A stretch of 64,000 bases of DNA from Lingula anatina (taxonomy: Eukaryota; Animalia; Brachiopoda). The notes beneath the pieces are model-generated. The model had not been told where the DNA came from, did not search any database, and was given only the letters and a program-made list of their open reading frames with translations. Both the position numbers and the translations under genes were made by a program. How positions within the stretch are numbered: position 1 is the stretch's first letter; the number at the start of each line of letters is the position of its first letter. Positions 1 to 14,043 of the stretch are shown piece after piece. The stretch covers positions 20,398,001 to 20,462,000 of the forward strand of contig CM120646.1 of NCBI GenBank assembly GCA_051362555.1, read 5' to 3'.

Positions 1-1738
1 AGATATCGTCATAATTCATTCCTAGAAAAAAGAGAAACAAACAAATGTTCTGAACTGATTTTTTTGCCGTTGAATCCGTTGAATAAGCCAACCTCTATGC
101 CCGAATTATTCCAACAACAAATAACAAAGTTTAAAACTCAACACGTTTTGAAGAAATACAAAGACGGTTCCAACAGCTGATCACACATTTGTCCGTCGCT
201 GCTCATGACGAAACTCTGCCTCACATATAATTTACGGCCCAGTGGGTACATCAAGGAAATTTGTATGTCATTGCTTTATAGGATTATAGAAAATGCCTAC
301 CTTTACCCAGTGAATGACAAAGTGTTTTCATGTCACCTCTGTAACTTTAAGCGTAATTTATCTCCACTAACTCAACAAAAAAAGCGCGCCAGTGCTTTGT
401 TATTCCATTGCTTGTGGCATGAGTTAAATCGAACAGAAGATTTTCAATAAAATGATAAATGTTTTCAGAAAACATTTAAAACTGTTTTAGAAAGACTACA
501 AACCCACCGTAATATCTGCTGTAACAAGTTCTGCACAAAGGCCATCCACTCGCTTGTAAGACTAGGAGACAGACTACAAATATTGACGATTTGAAGAAAG
601 CCATTACCGCCACGTCCCTTTATCTTGCAGAAAATAAACTAAATCATTCGCTGACAGTTCTTTATAACCGTCACTCGCGTGAGAATAACGATGCATTGAC
701 CACATGTTAGTCAAACCTGACGAAAAAGGATGTGCTGTCCTTGATGTTTATTGATAGTGAAACCCCACAGTGTATTAGGGCGCGGCGCTTTTAAACCACA
801 TCCGTTCTTTGGGTGAAGGATGAGTTCTATTGGTCACTTTTTAAAATTAATTGCGATAGGATTTTCCTTATTCTAGCACTCTTTTTACATATATCCATTA
901 TTTATTATCTTGAAAAACGCCGCAAAAAGACGCGTTAATTGTCAAGTCGACCTGCATCGCAAGCTAAGGCTGTCAAGTTATTTTCTATATGTGCACAGGC
1001 CAGATGTTTTTTTTTAACAAAACTGTTGCTACGAAATATGAAACAAAGGTGTATGCACAATAATTATAATGATAATAGTAATAATGATAATAAAGATGAT
1101 AATAGTATATTTGAAAAAATAAAAAAAATCATTATAAATAAGATGATAAAAAATATTAATGGATTGCGAATGAACAAGACAGGTTAAAGGGACAAAACTG
1201 GAAGTCAGGACATTCCGTGATCCCCACTCCTTACGTTACTCGCGACCCCTTTCCGGTTTGACCAGCAGTTTTCCTCATTGCATTCTGCGGTGACTAAGGC
1301 AACCGTTTATATCCTGGTGTTACTGCTGACTATCTGTATCAGAGAATGTAGTTCCTTGTTCAGGAAGTTATACTTACACAAATCCAACAGAAGATAAACA
1401 AACACACATACTGGTGGGCAAACCCAGTACAGCTGCACTTAAAAATAATTTTCTCCAGACCGATTTGCAAAATTTGTGGTTCGGTTTCAAAAACCAAATA
1501 TGAATTGTCTTAAAAACAGAAAGCAATATCTTATCATAAAATATTATTCAATCATTTTTTCTTCTTAGAATGAACAACCATTCCAGGCCATTGTGTTAGT
1601 TGGTACGCGTGCACTTGACGGGTATGTCAAGCTGCGTTCACTCACGTCATATTCCATTATACAGAAAGTTGAGTATTACTTTCCTACGCTTCTGTAAGCT
1701 GATATAATACCACTATTATAAAACAAGAGTGGTGCTAT

Positions 1739-1773
<35 letters not shown>

Positions 1774-2752
1774 TTTTTGTTGTATCATCCTCATTTTAGA
1801 TATTGACACAAAGCTAAAACATTCCTTGTACATCCATCGCTAGAGAGAGGAAACATATTCTATGTACGCATTTGGTTAGTAAACAGCTATGAACTATGAA
1901 ATACGTGCATCACGCCCCTTTGATGACGATAAGTGAAATGAATGATAAAGGCAACAAAGTAGAAAGAAATATGAAAATAATAATAATACAATGAACAATG
2001 AAGTAGCCTTAGTAATGGAAAAAAGTGTTGAAAGGTGGAAATCATAAATGAATACCAAACCGTGCAGTGTAAAAAGTGTAAAAAAACATACAATTCATTA
2101 AAAAATAAGCTTGATCTTATATCTTAAACTATTTTATCCCATCCCTTATTCATCACAGTTAAACAATAGTTAGTTATTTTATGGTTGACCCACAAACATT
2201 AAAACACGTACATGTATATGCATGTACGTAGGAAGGGTGGGGGGGGGCTTGTAGTGACTACGGAACCTATACATAAACACATCTTTTTGTGCAATAAATC
2301 AGACTCAGGTTCGTCAAGAAATAAATACCGCTCAATTGAAAATCGACATATTTCATTAATTGGGTTAACTTCTTCCTTCACCTGCATCTCACCTCTCCAA
2401 GTGCGTACGCACCAAAGATTCTATTTGAAACTCTATTTCCTGGCAAGCGACCTTGATGATAAAATAACAATCTGTTGTGTAATTTGTGTGTATTTTTAAA
2501 TCGATGTGGCGGATATGTCTCCGACTTCCCTACAGATAGTCAGACAAAGCTTGTTCTGTAATCCGGCTTTAAATGGTCGATCTTTGCTCGATAAGTTGGA
2601 AGAAATGACGATCTGTGCTCATATGTTGTAAATTACCATGAAAACTGTTCATTTCCCTACGGTTAATCATGCTTAGAATTGTGATTTATGCTTTGGATTT
2701 TCTGAAGTTAAGCAAGATTGCAATGTATCATTTTTATTTCTGAGAAGACACG

Positions 2753-2766
2753 CTCTCTCTCTCTCC

Positions 2767-2814
<48 letters not shown>

Positions 2815-2841
2815 CCCTCTCTCTCTCTCTCTCTCTCTCTC
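2753..2841. repeat. Compound (CT)n(CA)n(CT)n microsatellite
   Basis: Directly visible dinucleotide runs. Confidence 0.95.
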
Positions 2842-3441
2842 TAAGCTCTCTCACTCCCTATTTTTCTCTCTTTAAGCTCACACACACACGTGTACTTCGC
2901 CCTTCATCTTTCCTCCTTACATATGTCCCCGTATCCCACTAACAACACTTAGCTCTGTGTCAGCTTCCTCTCCGCCCCAGTGGTCGAACCGAATGTCCAA
3001 ATTTCCGTTTCAATTATAGAAGCTGATATTTGATTTTAACTAAGAATTTGCCAAGCTTCCTGTTCGGAAGGCCCCGACAATGTGCCGAACCCAGCAGCTA
3101 AATTAAACGGTCACAGTTGTCGGGTTAACGATTAAAGGATGCATTGCCACTTTGCTTTGTTTCAGTGATTTGATAACGCACGCGTTTAATGGGAAAACAC
3201 CGTAGATATTTACCGACTTGTATGTACTTCCCCCGATGCCGTATTGATCTAAGTTTCTCGGGTGTAAGCCATGTGGCAGGAACGATCGGTGTTTTCTATG
3301 AAGACTGTGTATCTTTGTTGGATTGTCGTATCCCAACTTATTTAGCGGTGCTAAATTTCACATGTCTTTCTTAAATACTTCGACATCAACTGAAGCTCCA
3401 GCAAAAATACAAAAGGAGATACTTGTAAAAGGAGCTACTTA

Positions 3442-5101
3442 CAGGGTTGCTACTTAATATGGAATATTTTTTATCATTGTTATTTTTGAGTGCTGATTAA
3501 ATATTTTTTGGCTTGAGTCATTACAAAAGTATGTCACTGAGTGATAATAACATCCAGTCTTCTGTTGTGAGATATTTTGATCAATAATATCAAATCTGAT
3601 ATAAGATGCCATTCAAAAGAAAGGAACACCCCCAGAAAACCATATCAACAGTTTGATGTCAGTATAAACTTTAAGATAAGATATTAAAGAAAATGATAGC
3701 CTCCGGACAGTGATATGTTACACAGTCAAAGAACTCATTACAGTAAATCATGAAAAGTCAGTAATTGCGGGCATGACCTCCAGCAGCCGCTTGCAGCGCC
3801 CTCATCCTACATGGCATACCCTGTGACACGTTTTTTAGAGTTTGGGTGGGGACATCATTCCACGCAGTGATATTTGCCTGTCGCAGTTCATCACTATTTA
3901 CCGGCCGAGGACCATAGCTATTAATTCTTTGAGTTACCTCCGCCCACAGATTTTCAATTGGGTTCATAACTGGAGACTTTGCAGGCCAGGGGAGTTGCTG
4001 AACCCCTTGGTTCTGAAGAAAAACAGTGATTCTGCGGCCTCGATGTGGGGTTGCGCAGTCGTCTTGGTACACAAAGTTGTTCCTGAAGATGACTCTTACC
4101 AATCGAAGCAGTGTTTGCTGTAGAATGTCTCTGTAGGAATCCTGGATGAGATTGCCTCCTAGAAAAACCAACTGGTTCTGGGCACCGACATGAAATGCTC
4201 CCCAAACAGAGACGTTACCATCCCCTGCTTGCACCCTAGGCAGTACACAATCATCGTTTTATGCCCCTCGTACACGTCGGTGGACACGGATTCGACGATC
4301 AACCCTAAAAAATCCATATCTGGCCTCATCACTGAAAACGTCGTGATTCCAGTGTTTTGGCTGCAAACGCACGTGGTCCCCAGCCCATTGCAGACGTCGC
4401 TGTATATGACCTGCTGTTAACAGTGGTTTCCCTACTGGCCTTCGTGCAAAATAATGGGCTTGCAGTAACCTCTTGTTCTCGAGGGACCTTGAAACGGGCG
4501 TTTGAATGACATTCTGCCTCTCTTTTCTGAGGACACTGGTTGTCTTTGTACGACCAGCACGGCGTCCTCTAAGGAGAAGGCGATCCTGTCTTCTTGGTGT
4601 GATACGCGGACACCCTGGTCGAGGTATTAGAGTAGGTGCCCCTGTAGCAGCATTTCTTTGGAGGACTTCACAAACGGTTCCTGATAAATGTTGAATTACC
4701 TGGCAATGGCTGTCTGTTTCTGGCCATTTTCTCTGAGAGCAAGAATCCCATAGTAAGCTGCGTTGCTTAGCTGTCGAACCATATCTTCACTAAGGTACCT
4801 GTGAAGTTTCAGAGCGATCCCTTTGTTGCTTCTCTGAACACACTCCAAAGATTGACCAAACCCATGCGTTTTTATACAAGGGCAGAAATTGCCGAAAAGA
4901 CCACCCCTCACATTTCTGACCACAGAACATGCAACTGCATGCATCAATTGTTTCGAGAGTTGTGTGGTAATTAGGTAACACACCTGGCTACACATGGAGT
5001 GACACCTCAGCTTTGGATTTAAAGTAGTTAGAGAGAAATTAAATATTTTGTACAAAATTTACTCGCCAAAAAATAATATTCCATATTTAGTGGTAACCCT
5101 G
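3442..5101 (-). mobile_element. Full-length Tc1/mariner DNA transposon (Tc1 family, DD34E), degenerate
   Basis: Imperfect ~27-bp TIRs: CAGGGTTGCTACTTAATATGGAATATT at 3442 and AATATTCCATATTTAGTGGTAACCCTG ending 5101. TA flanks both ends (3440-3441, 5102-5103). Length is 1660 bp with an internal transposase remnant. Confidence 0.93.
3758..4782 (-). pseudogene. Tc1-like transposase pseudogene
   Basis: ATG at 4782 (MVRQLS...GQKQTAIAR, paired-like HTH) is followed by a premature stop at 4696 and frameshifts. Later frames show HW..VFSDE, VSVWGAF, YQDDCATPH and WPAKSPVMNPIENLW, with 34 residues between the second D and E. TATAAAA lies on the minus strand near 4870. Confidence 0.9.
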
Positions 5102-8100
5102 TATACTTACACTGTACTGTGATATAGTGAAAATATTTTCATAATGCAGCAGGTTTAGTATTACAAATTGTTTTTTTTTTTTTGTCATACATGTGTACTA
5201 CTATATTATTTTACGATGTACAGAATTTATTTTTATATAATGCACTTTGTTGCAAGATGCTTCTGTGTATCGAGGCTTCAATACCCGGTACAATAAAGAT
5301 TTAGATTTTCATGTATAAGAAGGCAAATCGAAGACAAGGGTGAGGGGACAGGAGATTCTCCTCTGTACTTCCTGTTCAAACAAACAGCGAGCTAAACCGG
5401 AAACAAGCAGCTTTACCATCCCTGTGACGTACACTTTGCTGGGCGATTTTCGACAATCTTTATTCCTTCTACCAGTGTGAAATCAGTGAATCTACGATTT
5501 TTACTTAATGGGACTGGGAGAAGGGGATGGGTATGGGGAATGAGGCATGGCTACAATGTACATGAAAAACTTTGTTCAATTAAGTGGGATACATAAAAGG
5601 TGAACCCCTGCCCCCTGTATATCCCGCCCTGTCCTAAGAGCCCTACCCAGGATTCGAATTTTCTGTGTTTTTCCCTGTCTTTCCCTATACTTTTCTCACA
5701 ATATCCACATTTTTGCTTGTATACCGTTGCGTGTGAGTCTGTGCTTCCTATACCGTTAATGAATGCTATATTTAACACACGTTCTCTACCAATTTGTCAC
5801 GACAGCAGAATAACTGACTTATAGCCCTGCGCCAGCTAAATCATAAAGTTAAACTTAATACCATATGCTCGACAAGTAAACTAGTCACAATAAGTTGAAT
5901 TATTTGTCACCATATTGCGGAGCAGCTTGCTCGAGCGTTCAACGGATTTTGAGTTTCTCAAATCAAATAGCTATATTTCAGTAACAATAGTATTCACCGG
6001 CTGCTATACAAATCATTTCACGGAAGATGAATCACTTTAAATGACCCTTCCAAAACTAACAAGTGTGTTTTTTATAGAATTTATGGCTGTTTTTAAATCA
6101 GACTCGATACCAGCTCGACATAACTGAATTTGCGAAGAGAGAGCGACGCCGAGTGTGTCTACGGTATACTGCAAACAGACAGCAGCAATAGTAATGGAGT
6201 ACTGTTACATGATGGTTGCCATCGCCTCCTACCCCCCTCGCGTGATTTCTTTTTGCGATTTTCAAAATCAAAAGTGTAGCATGTGTACATGTATTTTTAA
6301 AACAGAATGTAATCAGCTATTCCTTATAATCCGCCAGGACAGAGAGAGAGAGAGAGAACCATTGTATATGGGATTAAAATGAAACAAAAAAACACCCCAG
6401 TTTGCTATGAAAACTGCGAAATTACAATGCCCCCCCCCTCGCTAATCAGGCGTCAGACGGTCATATTTGGTTAATCATTTGCTTAATGATCAATCGAAAT
6501 AATAATATTATAATAAAATGACATATACATTACAATGTCATTGTCTAATTTTCCGTCCTTAGTAGTAGTCGCCAGAACACACCTAGAACAAGGTACGCCC
6601 TGGCGAACAGGCCAGAATTCGTTAAAATTTAAAAGCCTTTTTTTATTGAAATACCATCAAATGCACCTGTTCAGTCCCGTATAGCCCCAATTACCCACCA
6701 CAAACCCGTGTCGCTACGTCAATTCGCTACCTTACAATCAGGACACTTCAAGAGAAGTCGACTCTATTACCAAATGTGAAGTGTTGACTTAAGTCGGTTT
6801 AACAACACTGAAGATTAAAGATTACTAAGTGTCAAAATTTCGTATTCTGAAGACGTTAAGTACGTGAAAGCGTGCTGCGGTTCAACACAGTAGTGTGAGG
6901 CGTATAGTTCTAAATACACGAGAAAAAAACAATGTCTAAACGCGATCCCGTCAGTATTTCTACTGCATAAATTTGTTTGGTTTTATTTGTATAATATGTA
7001 ACCGACATTTTACGTATTAACCAATGGCTACAGAAAAGGGAGGGGATTATAAAACAAGGGACTTGTGAAAGTAAAATCCTTTATTTTGAAAGTCAACTTG
7101 GAGTGACCAAAGACCCTTGGAAACAAGGCCAGTCTCCCCCCCCCTCACCCCCCCCCCCCCCACCCCCCACCTCACCCCCACTCTTTTTGCACCAAACATA
7201 ACTCACTGTTTTTTCAAATAGCTTTTTACTATTCAGCGACAACGAGCTATCCCCTCACAAAACAGTTACGCGACTTCACATGTGATCTTTGTTCAGGCAC
7301 ATCTCAAGTGAATTTTTATTTGTCATTTAAGACGAAAACCAGTAGGACTGTGCAAACAGCGTACAGAAAGGCAGTCCTATATCAAATATTAATCTAATTG
7401 TGCTAAATCTCGTAATAGGTAGAGGAAACACGAAAAATCACTCAAGCAAATAAAAGTACATTAGTAATCATTTATTCATTAGGTAGCATGAAGTCCAATA
7501 TTGAAATATGCATCATGTCAACATACATTTCAAAGGTGTGAATGACGTTCAATCTGGGGGTTATAGGAAAAGTGCTCAGAAGTAAGTTCTTTGAGGACAT
7601 AAAGCGTGCGCATTGTAAGTTCAATTTGCCCCCTGCAACCGCAGCTGAGATTTGAATCATTGCACAAGACAATGCCGCCAAAGACTGTCTCTATAAGTTC
7701 ACCTGATTTTTTAGGTCGCGTCCTTTGCCCTTAACGTGCAACCTCATATTTCTACATCGCATCCATTATGTGCTGTCATAAATGGATCTAATATTTCGAA
7801 ACGGACCCCTCATCACTGGATATTGAAAGTAACGGACCCGTTCCAGATGCGAATTATGTGCCGAGGAAAGCGCTGCATTGACTACTCAAATTGGAACGTT
7901 TTGAAAACGTCCTATCGGGCTGTAGTTGGCGAAGTTTAGATTGAGAAATCATAAGGTAAGCGTCTTGCACTGGCCGTGGTATCTTAATGTAGGTGAATCT
8001 GAAACAACCTAAATAGAGACGATATTGCCGGTGAGATTTTTGGTGAAATCTGTGCTGAAATTCTTCACCATATAGTTGTCGACCTACGAAACAGATCGAA

Positions 8101-8780
8101 ATTGTTGATATTGCCATACATTTTCAACGTGATATGATTAAATTTCCCTTTCTGCCAAACACAATAATTATATTTAATTGATCTTTATGATATTACAACA
8201 TGCTGGTACAGTAGCTTATATTTTATGACGCTAATTCATACGTTTTGTCAGAACTGAGATGGTTCGATTCCGTAAGGCAACTCTATCAGTACGTTTTGAA
8301 AAACACGGATTTAAAATGTACACGGACACTTCATGAAAACTGCATTGGACTAAAGCCGTGCGTCCAAGCGCATGCATGAATTTGTCCTTGAAAGACGATA
8401 TGTTTGTCGGTGAGCAGATATTTTTATCATTTAAGTGTAGTGATACAAAAATCACAGGTGTGTTCTTTACAAAATATCTGCCCAAGCAGAAGTCGCCGAT
8501 TAAACTTCAATGCTTCTTCTCATTATTATTATTCATCGTCAACAGCTTTTTGTAACAAAAGGACACCTATTAATCTGTGACTTGAGCAGCGTCTAAGGCA
8601 CACGCGGGACTGATTTACATCTTGAATGTCGCAGCTGAGGCGGGTGACATTAAATGCGTAATAACTAGCGTAGTGATCTGAAATACAAGTGAAGTTGAAG
8701 TAAATCTCGTTCTTATAAATCATTTGCGTGGTGGTACGTCTATCTTCGTGTTATAGAGAAGAGGGGATGAGAGGAAAGAA

Positions 8781-8905
8781 AGACAGACAAGCAGACAGAC
8801 AGACAGACAGACAGACAAGCAGACAGAGAGACAGGTAGATGGACAGATAGACAAGCAGATGGACAGACAGTCAAACAAAGAGAAAGAAATACAGACAACA
8901 GGCAG
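8781..8905. repeat. Degenerate (GACA)n tetranucleotide repeat
   Basis: agacagacaagcagacagacagacagacag... Confidence 0.85.
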
Positions 8906-9855
8906 TCAAAAAGATATATATTCTAATATAATTATATACATATACCTACGGGAGGTCTGAGATTCCAACGCATGATGCCACAACTCGAAACACCTGTGAC
9001 ATGAAAGTGTGACCATTATGACGTGTGACATAATACTATTCGCATTATGTCTTATATCAAGTCAGTTACGTTAAAATACAATTACGACAGATGCGCCAAG
9101 CGTACTTTAAACATTTACTGTAGTACGCTACACGATTTGTGGTTAAAAGATTTATTTTCTCTCCATGTGACAAAATCTACCCGTATATACCCTCTTCAAG
9201 GTCCACAGAATAATTACGTGTATTTTTCTTCAGCGCGATCACAGCAGAGAATCGTGTTATGAATTAGCCAAAGACATATATCTGTGAATATCTAATTAAA
9301 AAATCAATCTGAGTCCCCGGTAGCGCGAAGCTAAAATCTAAAACCGCTACACAGGTGGAGTAAAAGGATTAGTAATCTCTAATCTGTAACACCACGCTAC
9401 ATGGGTCCTGTTGAAACTGATAAAGATGGCCACTAGCATGTTGAAATATCTCGAGTGAATAATATCTTTTTTAGGTTTGTGACCAAAGAGCTTATGATCT
9501 CTATTTAGTAAGTGGCGGGATGAAAGATAGGAAAAAGTGTACATCAAGTATAGTCTATGGGCCAATGTTGACCCCCCTCCCCCCCTTAGTGATTTTCATT
9601 CACTATGTTTTTCTGATAGCTTAGGTCCTGAGCTTTTATTTTCTGCTTGTTTGCCATTAAACTGGTGGTGTGTGTGTGTGCTAGAGCCGTTGCCATGGTA
9701 ACGTCTCAGATTGAACATTGAAATTTCTGAGACCAGAAAAAATATTAAATAATTCAAATGTATTAAGTAAATGGAATTCAAAATCATTTCAGATGTATAG
9801 TTTAAGAGCTGCACCATACTTTAAGATCCTAAAAATTTTCAAAGATGGCTGATTT

Positions 9856-10007
9856 AGGCCGTCTTCTGGGTCTTCCGGAAGACGGTCAGATTTTCAAGTT
9901 TACATTCACGGGTATCTAATTTTTTCTGTCGGAAGACGGTCAAAAGTGGAGAGTGGATCAATAAAGATAAGTCTGAATCCTGTCACAAAATATCTCCGGA
10001 TCCGCCC
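9856..10007 (+). repeat. Dispersed ~150-bp repeat, copy 1 (probable non-autonomous transposon fragment)
   Basis: Aligns by eye with 51337-51494 (ttctgggtcttcc..aagacggtcag..tttacatt..gtatctaattttt..tcggaagacggtcaaaa..tggatcaa.aaagataa..aaaatatctc.ggatccg). It has an internal repeat of aagacggtca. Confidence 0.8.
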
Positions 10008-11295
10008 GTAACAAGCAATATATTCCGGGCTCTCTATAAGAAAAAAGGAATAAGTAATTAATTGTGTATGGTGACAAATAGGCTCATGGGAAAGGTGATA
10101 AAATCCTTGTCACAATAATAAAAAAATATTCTATAAAGAGATAAAGAGATTAGACTTACGAACAAGACCAAGCAGATAGCCCAAAGATATTTTAATATAA
10201 CTTTAAAAAGTATTTTGACAGGGGCTAAATAAAATTGAGCTAGTAAAATTGTGACATTCGACGTGCTTTGCAAACGTATACTGGTCAATAATATGCTAGT
10301 CAATTTAGTTTTATCTTTAATATATAAACTTTGGAAAAGTTCCTAAAACAGCGCCGTGTCTGAGTGATGTCCTTGGTGTGATTTGAAGCCGGGGAAATAA
10401 TACTGCAATATGAGTATAAAAAGACATATTTTTGAAATATTAGTGACAACGGCGCCAGGACAGTATATCCTGGTGCTATGATATCAGTATCTGGTAATTT
10501 TCATACTTAAACGGGTGAAGCAAACACCAACAAAAAAAGATAACAGTTTCTTTCAATTCAAGTTGACAATGACAAATAACTTAATTAAACTGGCACGAAT
10601 TTTTGTCCTCTTCCAGTTACAGGCTTTACCCCTCTATGGGGACATGTCTGTGTTCGCAAAGAAAAGATAAAAGAACTGTATCCTTGGCAGGGGACAGTCC
10701 ATTATATCCCCGTACTTTCGAGGTCACTGAGGTCACCGTGCTGTCACCGTTGTCGTTCCTGTTATGTCTTCATATTTCAAAAAATCTTTAACGGTGGGGG
10801 GGGGGGGGGGGGGGGGTCGCTTTTATAGCCAGGTATTAGTCATAGCGTTACTGACTTACATCGAGATCAAAAGAGCATCGTTATTTTACAGTTAATTTGT
10901 AATGAATTGTATTTCTAACTCTAATAGCACATTTCCCCGTTCTTTGAAAAAATCAAAGATTTGCCTGCTAAGCGAGGAAATCTAAAATGCTTAAAATCTA
11001 ACATATATTGGCTTTGATTAAAAATTATGACCTCTCTGATTTACATCTACAGTATATCTCTTAGTCTACTTGTTTGCTTATGCTTTTAAACTACAGTGTT
11101 TAATTTTTAACAAATAAGTTCCTTGTTTTAATTAAGTCACTGAATAAATCATCTCTGTCATAATCTGTCTATCTGTGCATCACGCTTTTTTTAATTGAAG
11201 TGTGTAAACTATTTAAAATTCGTCAGGGACTTTAAAAGTGACTCGTTTAAAAATCACGTCTCATAGATCACGTACATGTATTAAGAGAAGCTTAA

Positions 11296-11510
11296 GACCC
11301 CATTTCCAGAGATAAGATCGATCTACTTTAGATCGACCTAACTCCCTGGGGGTTCAAGCTAAATAGCTGTCAGCCGGGCGGACACGAAAGTTTATTACCC
11401 CCTTACAGCTTGTACTAGGCGGGACGGACATTTAAGCCGGATTATCTGACAGTAATCTAGTGAGACTCCCTGCGGGGATAGATCGATCTAAAAGCTCTGG
11501 GAATACAGCC
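11296..11510. mobile_element. MITE-like element, possibly PIF/Harbinger type
   Basis: Imperfect terminal inverted repeats (atttccagagataagatcgatcta versus tagatcgatctaaaagctctgggaat), an inner ctgtcag/ctgacag pair, and TAA on both flanks. Confidence 0.55.
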
Positions 11511-14007
11511 TAAGACGCTGTTATAGGAGAGCTAGTTTAGATATTGAACACCTATACACCTCCTCCTTTTCACTCCTTTTTTTAATAATCCTGTATTTAA
11601 TTTCTCATTTATTCCTTTCTCTCCCCCCCGCATTTTTACACAGACTAACTGTAAATGCGTACCAACTATCAAAGTCGCTTCAACCGTCCTATGGCGTAAT
11701 AACCAAGACGATTTGACATAAGATCAATATGTCATTTACTTGTGGCACGCGTAAAAAACACGTGACGGTGAACGGCTTCCTGGGGTCACAACAACACGAG
11801 GGTTCAAGTAAGCTAATCAGAAAAAAACTCGCATGCGGATTTTTTTTAAGTTTAGAAAGAGAAAGGAGGGAGGGAAATTGTATATGGCATTATGTGCCCC
11901 CCCCCCCCCACCCTTATGAGAACAAAAGAAATTTATATATAATCCAGTATATACAAAAAGGGGAGATGAGAAAAGCATGAAAACAGTCCAAATTTAATGA
12001 ACATATTGCTAATAAATGATTGACCTAATAGGGGCGGATATATGCAATTTAACACGCTGTCACAGACATGCATGGAAGTTATCATATGTTTACAGTAACT
12101 CTTGCTTCAGCTGCTGTTTAACATGCCATAGCGTGCATGGCGATTTCCAGCATGTGCAAAAACGTGTTTGCGTAAGGCTCCTGCCTTCACACACACCCAA
12201 TTACAAGCTAACGCATTTTTTAACACGATATGTAATCAGCATCGTACTTACTGTAGCCACGTGACACGTGCTGTCACCAGATGACCTACACACTGTCACC
12301 CCGCTACCTGTGACACAGTAAACGTTTTAATCAAACGACACCGGATAGCTTGATTGAAGGGTAGGTGACAAACTCGTGGTTCATATATCATAACTGAATT
12401 CAATTTTGATACGACTTGGTATGACAATAGCCTGCACTGTGTGGAACAGGGCTTTTCGTAAAGGGTGGGGGTCACATCACTTCACATCACTGTGATATAA
12501 AACTTAAGGCAGTAGACAAGAAACATTTTACTCTTATTTATAATATGTAGGGTAAAGGGACTGGTATTTGATACGTGTCGCTTTGCTCGTTGTACAGATT
12601 TGGGAATTGGGGTGGGGGGGGGTACCTCGGAATCTATGGAGAGGAGGGAGGGCACGCTTTCTTAGAGGGATATGTAGAGTTTTTCGAGTGCGACATAGAA
12701 ATATCGTGCACTCTAAGGAATCTTTACGAGTCGGCATTATATTTCCTTGTTTGTGCCATCTGAAGGTGTTTATTTTGTTTAGTTAGACACAAGATGAGAA
12801 GTTAAATGACATATGTTGAGACTGAAATGCACAGCGTCTGCTTTTGATGGATTTCATGCCAGGATTTCAACAACATTAGATATGTGGCGTGCGACACATT
12901 ACACTGCCGAAAGCACAAACGATATAGTGTCAAGTCAAGATGGGCAATCAAAGAGATGCATCATGTTATCTTATACGACAAAAAAGCCTTGTGAATGTTA
13001 ACACAGCTGAAAGGTTTTTAAGTAATGAATATGGATCAGATTGTTCATAATCTTTTCATTATTGTTCGTTTTCCCAAAGAGATGTTTCTACATATCTTTG
13101 GTTTCCCTAACAAAAATAGAGTGAGATGCATTTGTTCATTTTTTAAATTTTTTAGCATGGAATATTAAGGTTAAGACTCTTTTGAGTTAAGACTGCAGAA
13201 ATTAAATAACCGGACGACCACATTCATTATTTCTTTATCTGTCATCTTTCAGTAAATGTTTTTAAACCTCAATTCCTTGCTTAGTGGCCAAAATATCAAT
13301 TATACTATATAATGTGACATTCAAATTACAAAATGATTCCCATGTATAAAAAAAGCAAAGTTTGTGTCAACAAATGAAAATTAAACGGTAGAATCAATTC
13401 TATTAATTTAAACTAAATTATATCGGCACGGACCTTAGAACCAGTATGAAGACTGTCACCGTCCGTGTGTTGACAGACGCGGTAATTTGCCCCAGATAAA
13501 CAGTTTTTTTTCATTTGCTTTCAACAAATTAATCGAAATATGATATTTAGATAGATCTAATAGTAGCCCACATTTTCTCCTACGTGTTATATTTCAAGTT
13601 GCGTGATCGTCCCTGATTCAGATTCACAAAATATGTATCGTGTATTCTTTGGTTAGAAGTTATTTTAGGAAGATAGGTTTTTTATGCCTTTGCAAAAATG
13701 TTTTGATCTAATGCTCCAATTGTATTCACCTATGCGACGTACATTGAATAATAACGATATTCAGAACCAAATAACGGAGATCATCAAAATGAAGGATTCT
13801 CTGCAGCAGTCTAGAAACCTTCAAAATAGTTTTATCATTTTATATTTTTGTTTATTGTCTGAAAAAACATAGCAGTTGTAAGGTAGGTAAGGTGTCAATG
13901 TAGTGTACAAAACACCAGGGGTATTTCCTCAAAATTCTGCAACCCAGGACATGCAAAAAGTTTACATCTGTAAAATATTATTCGCACTGGATAACATAAG
14001 CACTTAC

Positions 14008-14043
<36 letters not shown>

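Noticed and set aside
1370-2530. Minus-strand donor-like sites (~1377, ~2392) as 5' exons of a gene leaving the window
   Set aside because: No coding signal or matching acceptor supports them.
10793-10816. Poly-G and poly-C tracts (also ~7135, ~20545, ~26330) as functional G-quadruplexes
   Set aside because: Homopolymer runs are frequent here and often belong to MITE remnants. Nothing indicates function.
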